A DNA stretch of 64,000 nt, from assembly GCA_963733915.1 (NCBI GenBank), contig CAVTEP010000003.1, forward strand, positions 3,757 to 67,756, written 5' to 3'. Positions 8,556-18,190 of the stretch are shown piece by piece; position 1 is the first letter of the stretch; each line of letters opens with the position of its first letter. Below the pieces are notes generated by a model, which saw nothing but the letters and a program-made list of their open reading frames with translations, made no database searches and had not been told where the DNA came from. This DNA comes from Candidatus Sulfomarinibacteraceae bacterium (lineage in GTDB: Bacteria; Acidobacteriota; Thermoanaerobaculia; Thermoanaerobaculales; Sulfomarinibacteraceae). Made by a program: the position numbers and the translations under genes.

Positions 8556-9818
8556 CTATCGGCGTCTCACCGCGTGCATGGTGAAGCCGTCACCATCGAG
8601 GTGGGGCAGGATTCGGACCCCTCCGGCAGACGTCGGGATCCACGGCACGCCTGCGGGCAGGGCCGGCTCCAGGCTTTCGATCCGGAAACCCGGTGGGAGC
8701 TCGGACACGACGCCCTCGTTCTCCTCGGGCTCCACCGAGCAGGTCGCGTAGAGGAGCGCTCCGGCCGGCGCAAGGAGGTCGAGACCGCTTCCGAGCAGCC
8801 GCCGCTGCAGCTTCGCCATCTCGCTCACTGACTCCGAACGCAGCCGCCACTTGATCTCCGGGTGGCGCCGGAGAGTCCCGGTTCCGGTGCACGGCGCGTC
8901 AATCATGACGAGGTCCCACGCGCCTGAGGGAAATGGTGGGGCCGTCGCGTCGGCAGCTACGACCTCACACCCGCCCGCTCTTGCGAGCGTCCGGCGCATG
9001 AGACACACCCTGCCGAGGCTCAGGTCAGACGCCACCACCCGCTCCCAGGCGCCGAGTCTCGCCATCAGCGCCGATTTTCCACCCGGAGCGGCGCACAGAT
9101 CGACCAGCCTGGCGCTCGGAGCGGCGATTTTCCGCGCCACCTGCGCGGCCAGCTGCGAGCTCGGGTCCTGGGCGTAGGCGGCACCGGACTTGACCGATCG
9201 AATGAGGCGTGGAGTATCCGCCGGCGCCGACCAGGCCCCGGGACACCATGGGTGAGCCTGCAAGTCGACGCCGTCGTCGACCAACTCGGACCGCGCGCTC
9301 TCGTCGAAAAACCACACCCAGGTACCGGCGGGTTCCTGGGCCGCCGACATCGCCGACTCAGCGCCTTCGGCGCCGAAGTGGTCGGCCCAGCGGCGATACA
9401 GCCACTCGGGATGAGCGAGCCGAACATCAATCGTGGAATCGGTGAGCGCCTCGCGCCAGCCTCCGGTCGCCTTGCGAAGCACCGCGTTGACCATCCCTGA
9501 CGCCGACGATCGACCCAAACGCCGTACGGTGCGGACTGCCGTGTCCGTCGCCAGGGCCGGCGGCAATCCCAGCCGCATCGTTTCGACAAGCCCGAGCCGC
9601 AGCGCCGCCCGCACCTCGGCGTCCAGTCCCTCGAGTTCTCGTCGGCACAGCGGCTCCAGCACGGCATCCAAGGCCCGCAGCCAGCGCAGAGTTTCGAGGA
9701 CGCGCACGCGAGCCGCCGGCGCCCCACCTCCGGACAACAGCCTCGACGCGAAGGCGCCGTCCTCGACGCGCATGAGCATGCGCGCCGCGGTGATCCGATC
9801 AGCCGAAAGCCTCGCCAC
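8556..9818 (-). CDS. rsmB: 16S rRNA (cytosine967-C5)-methyltransferase
   Basis: ORF 8556..9818; NusB-like N-domain, DLCAAPGGKS, IDAPCTGTGTLRRHPE, YATCSVEPEENE; downstream of fmt as usual. Confidence 0.85.
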   Translation of the reverse strand: MARLSADRITAARMLMRVEDGAFASRLLSGGGAPAARVRVLETLRWLRALDAVLEPLCRRELEGLDAEVRAALRLGLVETMRLGLPPALATDTAVRTVRRLGRSSASGMVNAVLRKATGGWREALTDSTIDVRLAHPEWLYRRWADHFGAEGAESAMSAAQEPAGTWVWFFDESARSELVDDGVDLQAHPWCPGAWSAPADTPRLIRSVKSGAAYAQDPSSQLAAQVARKIAAPSARLVDLCAAPGGKSALMARLGAWERVVASDLSLGRVCLMRRTLARAGGCEVVAADATAPPFPSGAWDLVMIDAPCTGTGTLRRHPEIKWRLRSESVSEMAKLQRRLLGSGLDLLAPAGALLYATCSVEPEENEGVVSELPPGFRIESLEPALPAGVPWIPTSAGGVRILPHLDGDGFTMHAVRRR

Positions 9819-10737
9819 GGGTCACCCGTTCGCCGATCAGAAAGGCGTCGATGGGCATCCGCTGCCGGCCCTCTCGCTGCACCTCGGTGATCCTGGCTGC
9901 GGTTTTCTTGCCGCAGCGCACCACGATTCCATCCGGCGCGGCCGAAAGCACCGTCCCGGGCGCCTCATTGCCACGCGGCGAAGATCTGACCTCATCGAGG
10001 CCGAAGATCTTCAACCGGCCGCCCCGGAATTTGGTGTAGAGGCCCGGCCACGGAGTGAATCCCCGCAGCCGGTTGACCAGCTGACGGGCCGGCATCGACC
10101 AGTCCATCTTGCCGAAATTGCGCCGCAGCATCGGGGTAGTGTTGGCACCGTCGATGGGTTGCGGTCGTGGCGTCAGCGTGCCGGCCTCGAGCTCGTCCAG
10201 GGTGCGCACGATCAGATCGGCCCCGATACCGGCCAGGCGCGGCCCCAGCTGCTCCGCGGTTTCGCCCGGCTCGATGTCGACCCGTCGCTGTAGCAGGAGG
10301 GGACCGGTGTCCATACCTTCGTCGAGCTGCATCGTGGTCACGCCGGTGGCGCGATCGCCGCAGACCAGAGCCCACTGGATCGGCGACGGCCCGCGATGGC
10401 GCGGCAGCAGGCTCGGATGCAGGTTGACAAACCCGAGGCGCGGAATCGCGAGCAGTTCCTCGGGGATCAGCTTGCCGTAGGCCACAACCACCGCAGCTTC
10501 AACGTCGCTCTCAGCCAGGGTCGAGGCAAGCTCTTCGGACTTGAGGTTCTTGGGCTGCAGGCACTCGATGCCGTTCGCGGCCGCCAGCGCGGCTACCGGG
10601 GGCGTCGAAAGAACCTGATGCCGTCCCATCGGCCGATCCGGACGCGACACCACGAGCACAACCTCGTGGCTGCTGGCTATCAGCCGCTCGAGGGTCGGCA
10701 CGGCAAAGTCCGGGGTTCCGAAAAACGCGACCTTCAT
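9799..10737 (-). CDS. fmt: methionyl-tRNA formyltransferase
   Basis: ORF 9799..10752 trimmed to MKVAFFGTPDFAVPTL; NLHPSLLPRHRGPSPIQWAL. Confidence 0.9.
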   Translation of the reverse strand: MKVAFFGTPDFAVPTLERLIASSHEVVLVVSRPDRPMGRHQVLSTPPVAALAAANGIECLQPKNLKSEELASTLAESDVEAAVVVAYGKLIPEELLAIPRLGFVNLHPSLLPRHRGPSPIQWALVCGDRATGVTTMQLDEGMDTGPLLLQRRVDIEPGETAEQLGPRLAGIGADLIVRTLDELEAGTLTPRPQPIDGANTTPMLRRNFGKMDWSMPARQLVNRLRGFTPWPGLYTKFRGGRLKIFGLDEVRSSPRGNEAPGTVLSAAPDGIVVRCGKKTAARITEVQREGRQRMPIDAFLIGERVTRGEAFG

Positions 10738-10763
10738 CCGCGCAGTGTACAACAGGTCTCGGT

Positions 10764-10804
10764 CTCATTCCGGCCCACCGGCTGCGCCGGTGGGCCGGAA
10801 TGAG
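10764..10804. repeat. perfect 18-bp-stem palindrome in the fmt / radical-SAM divergent region
   Basis: ctcattccggcccaccgg ctgcg ccggtgggccggaatgag; contains the same CCCACC/GGTGGG core as the tandem-unit elements. Confidence 0.7.
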
Positions 10805-10862
10805 AGGTGGAAATATCTGAGAACTCGTATACATTGACTCATCTGATCGGCCGATTCGGAGC

Positions 10863-13487
10863 GTGCTCATGAAACAACTTCCGCCGCACGAGATCCGCGC
10901 GGCGCTCGACGAGATCCTGCCGGGGGTCCAGAAACCGACCCGATACCTCGGCCTCGAACGGAATCTGGTGCGCAAGCCCTGGGAAACGGTGGGGGTGCGG
11001 GTAGCCCTCGCCTTTCCGGACGCTTACGAGATCGGAATGTCGCACCAGGGGACGCGGATCCTCTACCACCTCGTCAACCGGCGGGCCGACGCCCTCGCCG
11101 AGCGAGCCTTCGCGCCCATGCCGGACATGGCGGCCGCCTTGCGCGCCGCGCGCGTGCCTCTCTTCACCCTCGAGTCCTACCGCGCGGTGGCCGAGTTCGA
11201 GATCGTCGGCATCTCGCTGCAATCGGAGCTCAACTACATCAATATCCCCTACCTGCTCGACCTCGCCGGAATTACCCGCAGGGCTGAAGAGCGGCGTCAG
11301 GAGGAGCCCTTCGTCATCGGCGGAGGCCCATGTACCGCCAACCCCGAACCGGTCGCCGACTTCTTCGACGCCATCCTGATCGGTGACGGCGAGGCGGCGC
11401 TCGACCCGATCCTCGACGTCGTTCGCGACGGTCGCGCGGCCGGCAGGGACCGTACCGAGATTCTGCGCACCCTGGCCACCGTCCGTGGTGTCTACGTGCC
11501 TCGGTTTTATCACTGGCACGAGCCCAACGGCGAGCTTCAAGGTCGGTGGGAGACTGTCGCCGCCGACGCTCCGTTCCCCGTCGCCCGCGTGTGGGTTGAC
11601 CGCCTCGATCCCGCCGACCAACCCGAGTCGGTGATCGTCCCATACGCCGATGTCATCCAAGACCGTCTCGGCATGGAGATCATGAGGGGTTGCACGCAGG
11701 GATGCCGATTCTGTCAGGCGGGCTACTGGTACCGGCCGGTCCGCGAACACGACCCCGAGGTCGTGCTCGATCGCATGGAGCGCCAGGTTGCGGCTACCGG
11801 TTTCGAGGAAGTCGGCCTTCTCAGCCTGTCCACCGCAGACTATTCACAGGTCGAGCCGCTGGTCTACCACCTTGCCGAGCGCCTCCAGGACCGCAGGGTC
11901 TCCATCTCGCTGCCCTCTTTGCGCGCCGATGCGTTTTCGGTGGGTCTCGCGGAGGCCGTATCGCGGGTTCGCAAATCCGGATTCACCTTTGCCCCCGAGA
12001 CCGGGTCGGACCGTCTGCGCCGGGTCATCAACAAGACCTTTACTAACGCCGACATGGTGCGCGCCGCCGAGGCCGCATTTGCCAAGGGCTGGACCCTGAT
12101 CAAGGTCTACGCCATGATCGGGCTTCCGACCGAGACTGACGACGACCTCGAGGAGCTCGCACGGCTTGCCGAGGACATCCTCGCCGCCGGCCGCCGCGCC
12201 GGCGGCGGCCGCAAGGTCGAGGTCAAGGTGTCGGTGGGGTGCTTCATTCCCAAGGCCTGGACGCCCTTCCAATGGCAGCCCTTTGCCGGGGTCGCAGAGC
12301 TCCACTGCCGGATCGACCTTCTCAAGCGCCGCTTTCGCCGCATCCGCGGCGCCCGTCTCACCTGGTCTGACCCGGAGGAATCGGCTCTCGAGTCGTTGCT
12401 GTCTCGCGGCGGACGCGGTTTTTCGGCGGCGATCGAGCGCGCCCACGACCTCGGTGCGGTTTTCGACGGGTGGAGCGACCACATCAATCTCGACGCCTGG
12501 CATCGGGCGATCCACGAAGCGGGTATCGACGTCAAACGTGAGCTCGGCGAACGTCGACTCGGAGATTCGTTGCCGTGGGACCTCATCGACGCAGGGGTCC
12601 GCAAGGGCTACCTCAAGGCCGAGTGGCGGCGCGCCCTGCGCGAAACCGAGACCGAGGATTGCAAGTGGGGTCACTGTTACCGATGCGGCATCCCCGGTGA
12701 CGGCGATGACACTGACCTCGCGGCGACAACCCTGCCAGTGCTCGGTGAGCTCCTCCAGAAATCGGATCGGCCCAAGGCGGCCGCCTACCGGTTGCGCCCG
12801 GAGCCCCGTTTCCCGCCGGCGGCCGACGACCGCGAGCAATCGCCCGTGTACCGCCGCTATCGGTTCAGCTTTACCAAGACCGGCGACGCGCGTTGGTTGT
12901 CCCACCGTCAGTTGATGGACGCGCTGGAGAGAATGGTACGGGCGTCCGGCCTCCCGGTGCGGTATACAGAGGGTTTCAACCCCCACATCCGGCTGTCGAT
13001 GGGCCCCGCCCTTGCGACCGGTTTCGAGGGCATCTCCGAGATCTTCGATGTCGATTGCACGGCTCCGGTCAGGCCCCAGCAGCTGGCGTCCGCAAACGCC
13101 CTGCTGCCTGAGGGCGTCGAGATCCTCGATGCGCGGCCGCTGCTTCCGGGCGCGACCTCACTCGGCAAGACGGTCGCCGCCGCGCGCTACCGGATAGCTC
13201 GGTCGCGGTTTATCGAGCGATGGCCGGAGTCGGCGGACGGTCTCGCGGACGAGATTCTCGCCGGTATCCGGCGCTGGCAGCCGCTCGACGACGGCAGCCT
13301 CAGGGTCGAGCTCAACGCGCGTCAGGAGAACGGCCCCCTCGTGTCGATCAAGAAGCTCCTGGTGGCACTCGGGCTCGACGAGAACCAGATCGCCAGGATC
13401 CCGGTGACTCGGGAGATGCTGGTGCTCGAGGCCCGACAGAAGAATCGGGAGAACGCCGCCGAAACCACAAAGGCTGTGGCGCCGTGA
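10863..13487 (+). CDS. B12-binding-domain radical SAM protein (TIGR03960-like) fused to a DUF2344 (TIGR03936-like) C-terminal domain
   Basis: ORF 10863..13487; radical SAM cluster motif MRGCTQGCRFCQAGYWYRP; C-terminal RYRFSFTKTGDARWLSHRQLMDALERMVRASGLPVRYTEGFNPHIRLS. Confidence 0.85.
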   Translation: MLMKQLPPHEIRAALDEILPGVQKPTRYLGLERNLVRKPWETVGVRVALAFPDAYEIGMSHQGTRILYHLVNRRADALAERAFAPMPDMAAALRAARVPLFTLESYRAVAEFEIVGISLQSELNYINIPYLLDLAGITRRAEERRQEEPFVIGGGPCTANPEPVADFFDAILIGDGEAALDPILDVVRDGRAAGRDRTEILRTLATVRGVYVPRFYHWHEPNGELQGRWETVAADAPFPVARVWVDRLDPADQPESVIVPYADVIQDRLGMEIMRGCTQGCRFCQAGYWYRPVREHDPEVVLDRMERQVAATGFEEVGLLSLSTADYSQVEPLVYHLAERLQDRRVSISLPSLRADAFSVGLAEAVSRVRKSGFTFAPETGSDRLRRVINKTFTNADMVRAAEAAFAKGWTLIKVYAMIGLPTETDDDLEELARLAEDILAAGRRAGGGRKVEVKVSVGCFIPKAWTPFQWQPFAGVAELHCRIDLLKRRFRRIRGARLTWSDPEESALESLLSRGGRGFSAAIERAHDLGAVFDGWSDHINLDAWHRAIHEAGIDVKRELGERRLGDSLPWDLIDAGVRKGYLKAEWRRALRETETEDCKWGHCYRCGIPGDGDDTDLAATTLPVLGELLQKSDRPKAAAYRLRPEPRFPPAADDREQSPVYRRYRFSFTKTGDARWLSHRQLMDALERMVRASGLPVRYTEGFNPHIRLSMGPALATGFEGISEIFDVDCTAPVRPQQLASANALLPEGVEILDARPLLPGATSLGKTVAAARYRIARSRFIERWPESADGLADEILAGIRRWQPLDDGSLRVELNARQENGPLVSIKKLLVALGLDENQIARIPVTREMLVLEARQKNRENAAETTKAVAP

Positions 13488-13864
13488 GCCGATGGATCGT
13501 CCATTCGCACGCAGGCTTCAACGCGCGCCACGCCCTGGCCCGCTACCGCGGCCAGCCCGAGACCGCTCACGACCACCGGTGGCGGGTGGCCGTGCGGGTC
13601 GGCGCCGACGCCCTGACCGACGAAGGCTACGCCCTCGACTTCCACCAGGTCCACGAGATTCTGACCGGCGCGGTGGCCGTCCTCGACGGCGGCGACCTCA
13701 GCCACCATCCCGAGATCGGCCGGCCCTCGCCGACCGCCGAACGCGTGGCCGAGGTCCTCGCTGAACAGCTCGCGCCGCGTTTCGCAGATCTTGGCGGTCG
13801 GCTGCTGTCGGTCAGTGTGTGGGAGGGCGAGGACAATCGGGTCGATTTGATTCTCGATCGATGA
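13484..13864 (+). CDS. 6-pyruvoyl-tetrahydropterin synthase / QueD-like protein without any cysteine
   Basis: in frame of ORF 13220..13864; GTG at 13484 overlaps the upstream TGA (GTGA); FNARHAL, AHDHRWRV (HxH zinc motif), DFHQV, PTAERVA; no Cys in 126 aa. Confidence 0.65.
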   Translation: MSRWIVHSHAGFNARHALARYRGQPETAHDHRWRVAVRVGADALTDEGYALDFHQVHEILTGAVAVLDGGDLSHHPEIGRPSPTAERVAEVLAEQLAPRFADLGGRLLSVSVWEGEDNRVDLILDR

Positions 13865-13865
13865 A

Positions 13866-14370
13866 GGCTATGGGGCTATGTGGCTGTGGGGCTATGGGGC
13901 TATGGAATTGACAAGCGGCTTGGCGCCTAGGGTGAGAACGAATCGCGTTTCTGTATGAACGCGGCAAGGGCGGCGGCAGTGCGCCCGTGCAATTCACCGA
14001 GAACCGAAGAAGTCTCGTCGCTCAGGTATCCCAATCTGGACGAAAGCGCAATCAAATACCCCTACTCTCGGAGAGAGCCAAATGCGATATCCAAAAACCG
14101 ATTGAATTCAGTTTCCGTGCGGCGGCCGCATCCCTCCACGAAATTGGGCGCCACAGAAACGGCACTTCGTCGTGCCTGGCTCACCAAGCCGTAAAGTCCC
14201 TCTTTCGGGAAATTGTTCGTCGATTGATAGACCTCAATCACAAGATCATCCGCCAACTGGAAGATCTCGAGTTTCCGGTGGTCCCTCACGATTCTCCCGC
14301 TTTACCTGTTGCGCACACGGATCGGGTCCTTCATAGCCCCATAGCCCCATAGCCTCATAGCCACTTGGCC
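13866..14370. repeat. tandem-unit element E3: (GGCTATGG)x5 and (CCATAGCC)x5 inverted arms enclosing a four-helix-bundle gene
   Basis: 13866-13905 ggctatggggctatgtggctgtggggctatggggctatgg; 14331-14370 tcatagccccatagccccatagcctcatagccacttggcc; fills the gap between the stop codons of two convergent genes (13864 and 14372). Confidence 0.9.
13927..14289 (-). pseudogene. four-helix-bundle protein (23S rRNA intervening-sequence protein family, PF05635/TIGR02436-like) interrupted by one in-frame TAG
   Basis: ORF 14062..14289 MRDHRKLEIFQLADDLVIEVY...SAVSVAPNFVEGCGRRTETEFNRFLDIAFGSLRE ends at TAG 14064-14062; same frame continues GYLIALSSRLGYLSDETSSVLGELHGRTAAALAAFIQKRDSFSP to TAG 13929-13927, total about 120 codons as normal for the family. 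Confidence 0.8.
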
Positions 14371-14371
14371 G

Positions 14372-16387
14372 TCAACCCTCGAGCGACTTGGCGACCAACT
14401 CGATGACGTCATAGGTCGCGACGCCCTCGCGGCCGAGCTCGTTCTGGGCGTCCGACAGCATGGAAAAACAGTAGGGGCAGGCCACCGCCACATTCGAAGT
14501 GCCGCTGTCTTCGAGCTGCGCAAATCGGGTCTGGTTGATGCGTTCGCCGATCTTCTCTTCGAGCCACATCCTGCCGCCCCCCGCGCCGCAGCACATCGAG
14601 GTCTCGCGGTGGAGCTCCGCCTCGCGGACCTTGATCCCGGGAATTGCCTTGAGCAGGAACCGCGGGGCGTCGTACTCGCCGTTGGTGCGGCCGAGATAGC
14701 ACGGGTCGTGATAGGCGAGGTCGACGTTGACGCTGCCCATGAGCTTGACCCTGCCCTTGCGTACCAGCTGGGCCACCAGTTGGGTCCCGTGCACCACCTC
14801 GTAGTCACCGCCGAAATCAGGGTACTCGTGGGCGAGGGTGTTGAAGGCGTGCGGACAGTTGGTGACGATCTTCTTGACGCCGTACCGGTTCATGGTTTCG
14901 ACGTTTTGTTGCGCCAGCATCTGGAAGAGATACTCGTTGCCGAGCCGGCGCGCCGCATCGCCGGTCGAGACTTCCTCCGACCCGAGGATGGCGATCTTGA
15001 TGCCGGCCTCCGTGAGGATCTTGACCAACGCCCGTGAAACTTTCTTGCCGTGGTCGTCATAGCTGCCGGGCGAGCCGACAAAGAACAGGTACTCGAAGTC
15101 GCCGCCGGCCTCGGCGGCCAGCGGCACCCCGAGATCGGACGCCCAGTTGCCGCGCTCCTCGGCCGGCATCTGCCAGGGGTTGCCGTTGACCTCGTAACCG
15201 CGGAAGGCGCTCTGCGCCTCCTCGGGAAACTCGGCCTTTTCGAGCACCAGGTTGCGCCGCATCTCGACCAATTTGTCGACGTAGGAGATGTCGAGGGGAC
15301 AGGCGCGCTCACACCAACGACAGGTCGTGCAGGCCCAGATCACATCGGGATCGACGACCAGCGGTACCAATTGGTGCTGCGACGCACGTCCGCCGTCACC
15401 CGGCGAACCGAGGATCTCGGACTGCTCTCGGTAGAGCTGGTCGCGGACGGTTTTCAAATAGAGCACCGGCTGCAGCGGTTTGTGAGTGATGGTGGTCGGG
15501 CAAAACTCGCGGCAGCGACCGCACTCGGTGCAGGTGTACATGTCGAGCATCTGTTTCCACGTGAAGTCGGTGATGGTAGCGATGCCGAAGGTGCTGTCCT
15601 CGTCGATGTTCTCGAGGTCCATGCCCGGCAGCTTGCCGGGGGCGTCGAGCTTGGCGAAGAAGACGTTGAAGATCGAGGTGTAGACGTGGAAGTGCTTGGA
15701 GTACGGCAGCTCGTTGGCGAAGGCGAAGAGGGTGATCAGGTGGATCCACCAGCTGGCGCTGTAGACGATCTGCAGGGTCGCCGTACCAAAGCCGGCGAAT
15801 GCGCGCGCCGCCAGGCTCGAAATCGGCAGGTAGGCGCCGTTGATATCACCGGCGGCGATCCGGGCGCCCTCGGCGGCGAGGTCGGTCACCATCAGGATCG
15901 CGATCAACCCGATCACCAGCCAGGCGCCCCAGCTTTGGATCACGCGCTCCTTTTTCTGGATGCCGCGTCGCCAGACGGCGAAACAAAGACCCACCAGCAC
16001 CAGCAACTCGAAAATGTCCTTGGAGAACAGATAGGCGTGACCCAAGGGCGAGTCGAGGAGCGGCAGCTCCCAACCCGCCAAGAGGCCCTCGAGGACCATC
16101 GTCACCGTGCGGACGCTGACCACCAGGAAGCCGTAGAAGATCAACAGGTGATACAACCCGGCAACCGGGTCATCAAACATCTTCTTCTGCCCGAAGGCGT
16201 AGATCATCATGTGCTTGAAACGCTCGCCGAGACGGTCGAGTCGGTTGTCGGGGCGGCCCGCCCTGAGGACCTGGAAACGCCGGCTCAGCGACAGAACGAC
16301 CGCGCCGACACCGATTATCGTGAGAACCCAGAACCAAACGACCCCGGAGATCCCCAGAAACGTCCCAGCCGTGGCGTGATGCAGCAT
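14372..16387 (-). CDS. membrane-anchored iron-sulfur oxidoreductase (DsrM/NarI-like TM domain fused to DsrK/HdrD-like 4Fe-4S and CCG domains)
   Basis: ORF 14372..16432 trimmed to ATG 16387 behind GGAGGAG; CTECGRCREFCP, CTTCRWCERACP, HDPCYLGR, MCCGAGGG. Confidence 0.8.
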   Translation of the reverse strand: MLHHATAGTFLGISGVVWFWVLTIIGVGAVVLSLSRRFQVLRAGRPDNRLDRLGERFKHMMIYAFGQKKMFDDPVAGLYHLLIFYGFLVVSVRTVTMVLEGLLAGWELPLLDSPLGHAYLFSKDIFELLVLVGLCFAVWRRGIQKKERVIQSWGAWLVIGLIAILMVTDLAAEGARIAAGDINGAYLPISSLAARAFAGFGTATLQIVYSASWWIHLITLFAFANELPYSKHFHVYTSIFNVFFAKLDAPGKLPGMDLENIDEDSTFGIATITDFTWKQMLDMYTCTECGRCREFCPTTITHKPLQPVLYLKTVRDQLYREQSEILGSPGDGGRASQHQLVPLVVDPDVIWACTTCRWCERACPLDISYVDKLVEMRRNLVLEKAEFPEEAQSAFRGYEVNGNPWQMPAEERGNWASDLGVPLAAEAGGDFEYLFFVGSPGSYDDHGKKVSRALVKILTEAGIKIAILGSEEVSTGDAARRLGNEYLFQMLAQQNVETMNRYGVKKIVTNCPHAFNTLAHEYPDFGGDYEVVHGTQLVAQLVRKGRVKLMGSVNVDLAYHDPCYLGRTNGEYDAPRFLLKAIPGIKVREAELHRETSMCCGAGGGRMWLEEKIGERINQTRFAQLEDSGTSNVAVACPYCFSMLSDAQNELGREGVATYDVIELVAKSLEG

Positions 16388-16501
16388 GGCTCCTCCTTCG
16401 AGCTGGGATTGCCAAGCGACGCAGTGCGGCAATCCATCCCGGGGAGTATAGCCAGGAAATTCTGATATTCGGACGACGGCGGAACAGAGTATTTCGGCGG
16501 A

Positions 16502-17533
16502 TCAACCAAAAAGAGCATCGACGAGTTTGGCGAGCAACGACGAAGTCGGGACGCCGGGTTCCCGGGGGTCGACCCACCGCCACGTATCCGATGGTGGATC
16601 GAATCCCCGGACCTCGAAACAGCAGGGAATGACGTCGATTCTGCGGTGGGTGATGTTGTGGCGGACCGCAGACCCGGTCGAGGATGCCGTGCCCGGGCCC
16701 AGCCGTGCGACCCTTGCCGCCACCTCGATCGGGTCGGCGTCGTCCTCGAGCACCGCGATCGGCGGCAGCCACAGACCGCGGAGGATCGGGCCGTCATCCA
16801 CTCGTCGGACCAGCCAGCGGTCTGCGTCGCCGACGATGCACGCGGCGACCCAGCGCAGTGACACTGTCGCCCGCCGCCGGCGAGGCGGTGGGAAGTCCTG
16901 TTGCCGCCCCGATGTATTCGCCGCGCAGACGGAACTGAGGGGGCATTTCGTGCACTCCGGTTCGCCCGGGCCACACACCGTGGCGCCAAGCTCCATCAGC
17001 GCCTCGTTGACCTCGCCGGGAGCCTGGTTCTCCATCAAGCCGCGGATCCAGCCTTCAAGCCGTCGACGCCCCTCAGCAGAACGGGGGTCGTGTTCGAGGG
17101 CCAACACGCGCGCCCCTACCCGCATGGTATTGCCGTCGAGCACCGGCACCCCCTCACCCCACGACAGTGAGGCCACCGCCGCCGCGGTGTATGGCCCGAT
17201 GCCCGGCAGTCGTTCGAGACCGGCCGCCGAGGCCGGGAGATCACCGCCGCCGTCGGCCACCGCCGTCGCCAGCCGGTGCAGCATCCGCGCCCGGCGGTAG
17301 TAGCCGAGCCCGGACCATTCCTGGACCACCTCATCCTCCAGTGCTGCCGCCAAAGACTCAAAGGATGGAAACCTGCGAACAAAGGACTCGAATCGCGGCA
17401 CCACCCGATCCACCTGGGTCTGCTGGAGCATGAACTCGCTGACCACGACGTGGTATGGATCACGGGTTCCGCTCCGCCAGGGCAGCGCCCGGGCGTGTTC
17501 TCGATACCACTTCACGAGGGACTCGGCGGTCAC
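16502..17533 (-). CDS. mutY: A/G-specific adenine DNA glycosylase
   Basis: ORF 16502..17533; HhH LPGIGPYTAAAV, Fe-S cluster CGPGEPECTKCPLSSVC, NUDIX-like C-terminal domain. Confidence 0.9.
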   Translation of the reverse strand: MTAESLVKWYREHARALPWRSGTRDPYHVVVSEFMLQQTQVDRVVPRFESFVRRFPSFESLAAALEDEVVQEWSGLGYYRRARMLHRLATAVADGGGDLPASAAGLERLPGIGPYTAAAVASLSWGEGVPVLDGNTMRVGARVLALEHDPRSAEGRRRLEGWIRGLMENQAPGEVNEALMELGATVCGPGEPECTKCPLSSVCAANTSGRQQDFPPPRRRRATVSLRWVAACIVGDADRWLVRRVDDGPILRGLWLPPIAVLEDDADPIEVAARVARLGPGTASSTGSAVRHNITHRRIDVIPCCFEVRGFDPPSDTWRWVDPREPGVPTSSLLAKLVDALFG

Positions 17534-17623
17534 GCCATCATCCTATCTTCATCGTGGCTTCGCTATAATGCCCGCGGCTCTCGACGCACAGAGTAACAAT
17601 TGCAGGGCGAAGGGCAAAAACCC

Positions 17624-18190
17624 ATGATGGCGGTCGATCGTCAGGCCGAGGAAGAGCGTCTGATCGCTCTCATGACCGGCTACCAGAAAGGGAGCATGGA
17701 TGACTTCGAAGGGTTGTACACCGCCCTCAAACAACCACTTCTTCGCTACCTCTGGACCTTTGTCCGCAACGCGACAGCGGCTGAGGACCTCCTCCAGGAA
17801 ACGTTCTTGCAGATCCACCGCGCCCGCCAGACCTACACGCCGCCGCGGCCCGTCAGACCGTGGATCTACGCCATCACCCGGCACGTGGCGTTGATGCACC
17901 TGCGTTCGGGCCGCCGCCGCAAGGAGGTGCTCGCGGATGAACAGCTGCCCGAGGTGCCGGTGCCGCCCGAAATGGAGAAGCTGGCCGATCGCGCGACGCT
18001 GCACCAGTTCCTCTCCGACCTCCCCCGGCAGGCGCAGGAGGTCTTGATGCTGCACCACCTGCTCGGAATGAGCTTCCAGGAGATCGGTCAGATTCTCGGA
18101 GTGGCGACAGGTACTGCCAAGGTCCGATCGCATCGCGCGCTCAAGAGCCTCCGTCAACGACTCGCGGAGCACGAGGGAGGCAACGCATGA
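17624..18190 (+). CDS. ECF-type RNA polymerase sigma-70 factor
   Basis: ORF 17600..18190; region 2 DLLQETFLQIHRARQTY, region 4 MSFQEIGQILGVATGTAKVRSHRALKSLR; ATG at 17624. Confidence 0.85.
   Translation: MMAVDRQAEEERLIALMTGYQKGSMDDFEGLYTALKQPLLRYLWTFVRNATAAEDLLQETFLQIHRARQTYTPPRPVRPWIYAITRHVALMHLRSGRRRKEVLADEQLPEVPVPPEMEKLADRATLHQFLSDLPRQAQEVLMLHHLLGMSFQEIGQILGVATGTAKVRSHRALKSLRQRLAEHEGGNA

Noticed and set aside
14062-14064. The in-frame TAG in the four-helix-bundle gene as a pyrrolysine or programmed read-through codon
   Set aside because: There are no pyl genes and no read-through context that I can recognise. Other genes in the window, including this ORF's own terminal codon, use TAG as a normal stop, so a nonsense mutation is the simpler reading.
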